IMG/VR virus record: IMGVR_UViG_3300012936_000012
Location: 1-60,895 of that record
Reading direction: 5' to 3' (one strand)
Length of the DNA: 60,895 bases
From: a virus
Lineage: Duplodnaviria; Caudoviricetes
The notes under the pieces: generated by a model
What the model was told of the DNA's origin: nothing
Databases searched by the model: none
What the model saw: the letters and a program-made list of their open reading frames with translations, nothing else
Program-made: the position numbers and the translations under genes
Shown: in pieces, positions 59,969 to 60,895 of the stretch
How the letters are laid out: the number at the start of each line of letters is the position of its first letter
How positions within the stretch are numbered: position 1 is the first letter of the stretch

Positions 59969-60557
59969 TTTTTTTTCCTTTTAAGGTTGTTGAAAAGTCT
60001 TTAACTATATTAAGAACACTATCTAAAATATTTTCTTTACTATCTGATCCATTTATCAATACAATTTCAACCCCTTTAGCTCCCATATCCTCAAGAAAAA
60101 GTTCATAGGCTACTTTTTGGCGCAACAGGAAACCATAGTTAACATCTTGATCAATATTTCCACGGGCTTTAACTCGACTCATAGCTTGCTCAGTTTCAAT
60201 ATCAAGAAAGAAGATCACATCAGGCAAAGGAGATGATTCAAGAAAAATTCGGCGTGCCTCTAAATAAAGGTCAAATTCAGAGCAAGAAAGATCACCATAA
60301 GAAAAACCAACTCTAGCAAACACACTATCAGACCAAACACTTCGATCATAAACATTGATCATACCAGGCAAAGAATCCCGCCATTGGTTATACCTAGACT
60401 TCAAAAACTTTATCTGAGTTAAAAACCCATTATCTACTTCACTTTCAAACATAATGGCCTCGTCAAAAACATTAAAATTTTCGGCGCACTGAAGACCTTT
60501 AACTAAACTACTTTTACCAACTCCCATAATCCCTTCCACACATATGCGAATTGTCAT
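59952..60557 (-). CDS. Deoxynucleoside kinase (dNK family)
   Basis: ICVEGIMGVGKSS, DRSVWSD.VF, PDVIFFLD, RVKARG; GGGAG RBS. Confidence 0.85.
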   Translation of the reverse strand: MTIRICVEGIMGVGKSSLVKGLQCAENFNVFDEAIMFESEVDNGFLTQIKFLKSRYNQWRDSLPGMINVYDRSVWSDSVFARVGFSYGDLSCSEFDLYLEARRIFLESSPLPDVIFFLDIETEQAMSRVKARGNIDQDVNYGFLLRQKVAYELFLEDMGAKGVEIVLINGSDSKENILDSVLNIVKDFSTTLKGKKSEERN

Positions 60558-60895
60558 GCTTACTCCCTATCAGAATATATAAAACATTTATCTATACCAT
60601 CACATTTTGCCCCCAGAATCAACAACACTAAAACACCCCCAAATTTCGCCGCAATTTGACAAAATAAAAATCATAAGACATAATCAATACAAATTATAAA
60701 AAATATAACAAATAACACATATTAACTATAACTCTCAGTATCTCTATAATATCAAAATATTAATAAATACTACAAATACCCTAGCACTTACTCAATTCTC
60801 TATACCAATACATGATTGTACTCGTATAGTTCAAGGCCGTTATACGTAGCCTTTATTGGCCTCTATTTTGCCCTCAAACAAACGATTTGATCTAA

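Larger units (their letters stand above)
2266..59999. repeat. Dispersed 12-mer GWCTTTTCAACA, at least 14 exact copies
   Basis: Plus strand: 2266, 6569, 14691, 19706, 34256, 43233, 47091, 50715. Minus strand: 27072, 38071, 53573, 56174, 57542, 59988. Confidence 0.85.

Noticed and set aside
2266-59999. Dispersed 12-mer as a CRISPR repeat or simple promoter
   Set aside because: Copies are kilobases apart, mostly intragenic and in both orientations
1-60895. tRNA/rRNA genes or an alternative genetic code
   Set aside because: No cloverleaf was recognised in the few intergenic gaps; genes are densely packed and intact under the standard bacterial code

Overview
About 61 kb of a double-stranded DNA myophage genome (AT-rich, roughly 35-37% GC by eye). 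No terminase, portal or integrase is visible in the window. Plus strand 1-35 kb is the virion module: end of the scaffold, an N4-gp56-type major capsid, neck genes, and a contractile tail whose gene set resembles Afp/PVC/Streptomyces-type contractile injection systems (sheath, gp19 tube, chaperone with a -1 frameshift, tape measure, CIS-tube, LysM, hub, gp5 spike, gp25, J, I, DUF6519-like protein). It also holds a holin with overlapped spanins, tail fibres, and a tandem array of six small beta-rich paralogues. A palindromic origin-like element at 35.5 kb precedes a complete replication, recombination and nucleotide module (initiator, DnaC, DnaB, primase, SSB, PolA, SF2 helicase, RecA, resolvase, ParB, Cas4-like nuclease, SpoVS, TGT/DpdA-like protein, NrdJ, ThyX, PhoH). 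A minus-strand operon at the right end encodes a deoxynucleoside kinase, an ECF sigma factor and a C5 DNA methyltransferase. Main findings: (1) the methyltransferase is split over two overlapping reading frames; the second frame supplies motif IX plus six W-x-T-P modules, and a seventh module lies behind an A10 / A-AAA-AAG slippery site. (2) The 12-mer GWCTTTTCAACA occurs at least 14 times across the genome on both strands, one copy just upstream of parB. (3) The six-gene putative receptor-binding cassette array. All calls come from reading motifs by eye; no database searches were run.
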